A DNA stretch of 64,000 nucleotides, taken from assembly GCA_965204735.1 (NCBI GenBank), contig OZ242008.1, forward strand, positions 3,968,001 to 4,032,000, written 5' to 3'. The notes under the pieces were generated by a model. That model had not been told where the DNA came from and did no database searches. It saw nothing but the letters and a program-made list of their open reading frames with translations. The stretch's first letter is position 1. Each line of letters opens with the position of its first letter. Made by a program: the position numbers and the translations under genes. This document shows positions 60,979 to 64,000 of this stretch, piece after piece. Source of the stretch: Longimicrobiales bacterium. GTDB lineage: Bacteria > Gemmatimonadota > Gemmatimonadetes > Longimicrobiales > Gaopeijiaceae.

Positions 60979-61826
60979 GTCGAGGGCAACGGATCTTCCT
61001 TGGACTTGCCGACGAGCGACGGGGCCAGCGCCAAGCCGATCAACAGGTCCAGCGCGATGTGGGCGAAGATCGAGGGCCAAAGGCTTCCGGTCCACGCCGC
61101 CCCGAGCGCCAGCCAAGCACCCAGAAGCCCCGTCCGCACCATCCCGTGGGGGCCTTGATAGGCGTGAAGGAGGCCGAACGCAACAGCGGCGGGCAGTGCG
61201 GCGAGGAGGTAGGAGCCGGTCCAGGGGACGAGGAAGGCGGGCAAGAAGCCCCGGAAGACGATCTCTTCGAACACCCCGGCCGCAACCGCCAGCAGGGCGA
61301 AGAGGGCCTTCTCCGTCGGCGTCGCGGGGATGATCGCGCGCACCACGGCGCTTTCCTTCCATCCGAAGACGGGCGACGCCGCCTTGAAGGCGTAGACGAC
61401 GGCAAGGCCGCCGGCCGTGAGGACCCCAGCGGCCGCCAGCAGCGTCGTCCATCCTCCCTGCGCCAGCCGGCCGCCGCTGCCCGGAAGGCCCAGCGAAGGG
61501 GTCGCCCAGGCGTCCGCCTGTGCTGGAAGCCCATCGGCCAGCCAGAGCGCCGCCAAGCCGACCACGGTCAGGACCACAATGGAGCTGGCGTACGCCTCCA
61601 GGCGTCGTTGCCCAAGATCGAAATCCAGGGGCAGCTGCTGGCCCAGCGCTGCCGCCGGCAGCACGACCAGAAGCGCTGCCGCTGCCGTCGCGTGAACCAC
61701 GCTGCCCAGCCCGCCGCCGACGAACGCCCAGGCCAGTACGGCGGCAGCGCCTCCGGCCGCCAGCCAGCCGCGTCGGCCCAGCGCTGGACCTGGCCTGGCC
61801 GCCATCGGACCTGGCCTGGCCGTCAT
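60975..61826 (-). CDS. CPBP (CAAX/Abi) intramembrane protease
   Basis: EEIVFRG, FGLLHAYQG, SLWPSIFAHIALD. Confidence 0.9.
   Translation of the reverse strand: MTARPGPMAARPGPALGRRGWLAAGGAAAVLAWAFVGGGLGSVVHATAAAALLVVLPAAALGQQLPLDFDLGQRRLEAYASSIVVLTVVGLAALWLADGLPAQADAWATPSLGLPGSGGRLAQGGWTTLLAAAGVLTAGGLAVVYAFKAASPVFGWKESAVVRAIIPATPTEKALFALLAVAAGVFEEIVFRGFLPAFLVPWTGSYLLAALPAAVAFGLLHAYQGPHGMVRTGLLGAWLALGAAWTGSLWPSIFAHIALDLLIGLALAPSLVGKSKEDPLPST
61785..61826. repeat. 21-bp tandem duplication including the start codon
   Basis: ATGACGGCCAGGCCAGGTCCG followed by ATGGCGGCCAGGCCAGGTCCA (minus strand), encoding MTARPGP-MAARPGP. Confidence 0.8.
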
Positions 61827-61842
61827 CGGGCGCGTTCGCCGA

Positions 61843-61872
61843 TTGACCCGCGCCCACGCCGGGCTCTAACCT
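61843..61872 (+). promoter_or_regulatory. Putative sigma70 promoter
   Basis: TTGACC-N18-TAACCT; same hexamers as the putative dnaA promoter. Confidence 0.45.
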
Positions 61873-62025
61873 TAGCCGCGGCCTTCCGTCTCCGGGCGCC
61901 GGCCCTTCGGTCCGGGCGAGACCGCCTCATCGGCGCGAAACTCCCCATGGGTCCGGCCGGCGCCCCGAATCCGGCGGAACGCCGCTTCGGTCCCCACCAC
62001 CGCTTCCGCCCCCAGCGAGGACGCG

Positions 62026-62337
62026 ATGCCCGACCCGGCCGCCTTCAAGGCCGTCTTCCGTGTGATCGACGCCTACGACCACCCCCACGGCGGGAGGATA
62101 CTCAGGCTGCGCCTGGGAACGGGAGAAGCCCCGAGCGTGCGGGAGCTGAGGGGCCGCCCCATGACCGCCACTTCCGACGCCGGCGGCTCCCTGCGGCTGG
62201 AGGTGTCGGGCTTCTCGGCGGTGGGCGGCAAGCCTTCCGACGGCCGGCTGGCAAGAACCGGCCGCATCGACGTGCACGTCGCCGGCGACCGGGCGGGGCC
62301 GGTGGACGTCGGATGGGAGCTGGCCGTGCCGCAGTGA
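62026..62337 (+). CDS. Small hypothetical beta-rich protein
   Basis: GAGG RBS; FRVIDAYDHPHGGRILRLRL...GRIDVHV. Confidence 0.65.
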   Translation: MPDPAAFKAVFRVIDAYDHPHGGRILRLRLGTGEAPSVRELRGRPMTATSDAGGSLRLEVSGFSAVGGKPSDGRLARTGRIDVHVAGDRAGPVDVGWELAVPQ

Positions 62338-62339
62338 GC

Positions 62340-63065
62340 TCAATCTTGCCGGGAGCTTCCTCTCTGCCCCGGCGGGTCGCGCTCGAAGGTGCGGCGAAAC
62401 CACTCCTGGTAGGCGTCGGCGCGCTCGGGTCTCTGGGCGAAGTACTCCTTGCGGGCCTCGACGAAGGCGTCGGGCCGCGCGGTGAGTACGAATTCGTCCA
62501 GGAAGCCGTTCTCCTTGGCGTAGGTCAGCTCGTCCAGCAGCCCGTAGGGAGGGGCGTCCAGGATCGAACGCTGGTAGAGCCACACGTCGGCCACCCGGGA
62601 GAGGATCGCCTTCTCCAGCTCGAACTCGTCGGCGCCCTGGCCTTCCGGAAGCCACTTCTCCAGACGGTCCTGGAGCGCCATCAGGTGGTAGTGGGCGTAG
62701 ATCGTGTAGAGCTGGCTGCCCGCCGACCGGCCTTGGACGGCGATGCGGGCGGTGTCGCCGGCTTCGTTCAGCTCCAGGCTCTCCCACGGATAGACGGGAC
62801 CCTCCGCGCCTTCGGTGTAGATCATGAACGAAGGGTCCATCTGGATGCTGTCCCACTGCTCCCGGATCCAGGCGTCCACTTCCTCCATGCGTTCCTTGGT
62901 CGGGACGAGGCGCTCCCCGGAGTGGACGACGAGCCGTCGGGGTTCCGGGAGCTGCACTTCGCCCGAGCCGCAGGCCACGGAGGCGCATGCGGCCACGCCG
63001 GCCAGCAGGACGGCGCGCCGTCGGGGCTCGGGCGAAGAGGGACCGCGAGTTGCGAAGTCGAACAT
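62340..63065 (-). CDS. Hypothetical lipoprotein
   Basis: Lipobox SVAC; protein-like composition; AAGG RBS. Confidence 0.7.
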   Translation of the reverse strand: MFDFATRGPSSPEPRRRAVLLAGVAACASVACGSGEVQLPEPRRLVVHSGERLVPTKERMEEVDAWIREQWDSIQMDPSFMIYTEGAEGPVYPWESLELNEAGDTARIAVQGRSAGSQLYTIYAHYHLMALQDRLEKWLPEGQGADEFELEKAILSRVADVWLYQRSILDAPPYGLLDELTYAKENGFLDEFVLTARPDAFVEARKEYFAQRPERADAYQEWFRRTFERDPPGQRGSSRQD

Positions 63066-63192
63066 GGTCGCCTTCCTTTTCGACTGGACTCCAGGGGACC
63101 GCAATGGGAGCAACCCGTTGCGGTGGAACGTATTCTAACCTCCCGACCGGCTCCAGGTTCCCGACCGCCCCCACCAACAAGAGGATCGAGAC

Positions 63193-63801
63193 GTGACGTG
63201 CTTGGAGTTGCCCGGCCTGACGTGCTCCGACGGCGAAGGCGCCGCCCGCCCGGTCGCCGGGGCGTCGCCCGGCCTGACGCCCACCGAGCTGGGAGAGCAC
63301 TTGGCGCGCTTGGTCTGGGAAAGCCTTTCGGACGTCCTCACCGACGACCGGAGCCTGACGGTTCTGGCCCGCCTCGGCGCACTGGCCGCCGACGGGACGC
63401 CCAGCTCCAGGGCGTCGGAAGAGCTGCTGATCCTCTTGCTGTGGGCCCACACCCGAGGCATCCAGCAGGCGTACGCGGCGCGGGGCGCGCGCTTGGCCCG
63501 GGTCGCGCTGGACGAGCTCCACCGGGCCGTCTTCGAGGACATGGTGGCCGCCGGCTCCCGGCGCGAGGAGCTGCCGATCTTCGAGCAACGGGTCAGGACG
63601 CGCTACGCCGAGTACGGGCGGGCCGCCAAGGCGTCGGATCACGCGGTGGGGTCGGTTGCGCTCCGGTCCATAGCTGGGCGGACCGCCGCGCGCGCCCACC
63701 AGGACGGGAGCGAGGACGCCCGGGTGCTGGCGACGAGGGCCGTCGGCGTCGCCGCTCCGATAGGCGACTTCTACGCCGATGTGGACTTGCTGGAGGGCTG
63801 A
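63193..63801 (+). CDS. Hypothetical alpha-helical protein
   Basis: GAGG RBS before GTG; EELLILLLWAHTR...FEQRVRTRYAEY. Confidence 0.65.
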   Translation: MTCLELPGLTCSDGEGAARPVAGASPGLTPTELGEHLARLVWESLSDVLTDDRSLTVLARLGALAADGTPSSRASEELLILLLWAHTRGIQQAYAARGARLARVALDELHRAVFEDMVAAGSRREELPIFEQRVRTRYAEYGRAAKASDHAVGSVALRSIAGRTAARAHQDGSEDARVLATRAVGVAAPIGDFYADVDLLEG

Positions 63802-64000
63802 TCCGGGCCGGAGCGGCCGAGGCCGGGGCCTTCCTTCTGGCGCCAGCGCAGGACTTCGAAGGGGCTTCTGCACTCCGCGCACCACCACGTGGAGAGCGAG
63901 GCGTGGCTGCCGAAAGCGGAAGCGAGTTCGGTGCGGCGACCCTTGCAGAACGGACACGCCGGGTCCGGCGCCGCCGGCGTCCTTCCTCCGGCAGCCGCCG
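63771..64000 (-). CDS. PaaD-like zinc beta-ribbon protein; 5' end outside the window
   Basis: Own translation: ...CPFCKGRRTELASAFGSHASLSTWWCAECRSPFE...; stop at 63771. Confidence 0.7.
   Translation of the reverse strand, partial: AAAGGRTPAAPDPACPFCKGRRTELASAFGSHASLSTWWCAECRSPFEVLRWRQKEGPGLGRSGPDQPSSKSTSA

Overview
High-GC bacterial chromosome segment that spans the replication origin. Gene content suggests Gemmatimonadota (inference, not verified). Left of oriC every called gene is on the minus strand: rpmH-rnpA-yidD-yidC-mnmE-mnmG, then no rsmG but two parS sites, parA-parB-M23 peptidase-bactofilin-Nif3-M14 peptidase-double zinc ribbon/TPR protein-DUF819, a C5 DNA methyltransferase with a 76-aa probable endonuclease remnant, lipA-pdhA-pdhB-pdhC-amidohydrolase-lpdA, and a partial GT-C glycosyltransferase. 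dnaA and dnaN flank an oriC with non-canonical DnaA boxes and a Bacillus-like unwinding motif. Right of oriC are pyrE, a five-gene sigma54 two-component/envelope operon, kbl/tdh, MazG, queE and a Nudix hydrolase. Next is a ~13 kb accessory cluster of seven beta-propeller-like exported proteins with two ECF sigma factors, an AraC-like regulator, an unusual polytopic membrane protein and a Cys/His/acid-rich lipoprotein; this is the best candidate for an undescribed system. The window ends with a TolB-like protein, an ABC exporter, a saccharopine dehydrogenase-family protein, a GyrA/ParC subunit lacking the GyrA-box, MOSC, a CPBP protease and hypotheticals. I saw no rRNA, tRNA, CRISPR array or IS element. 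All calls come from motif reading by eye, without database searches.
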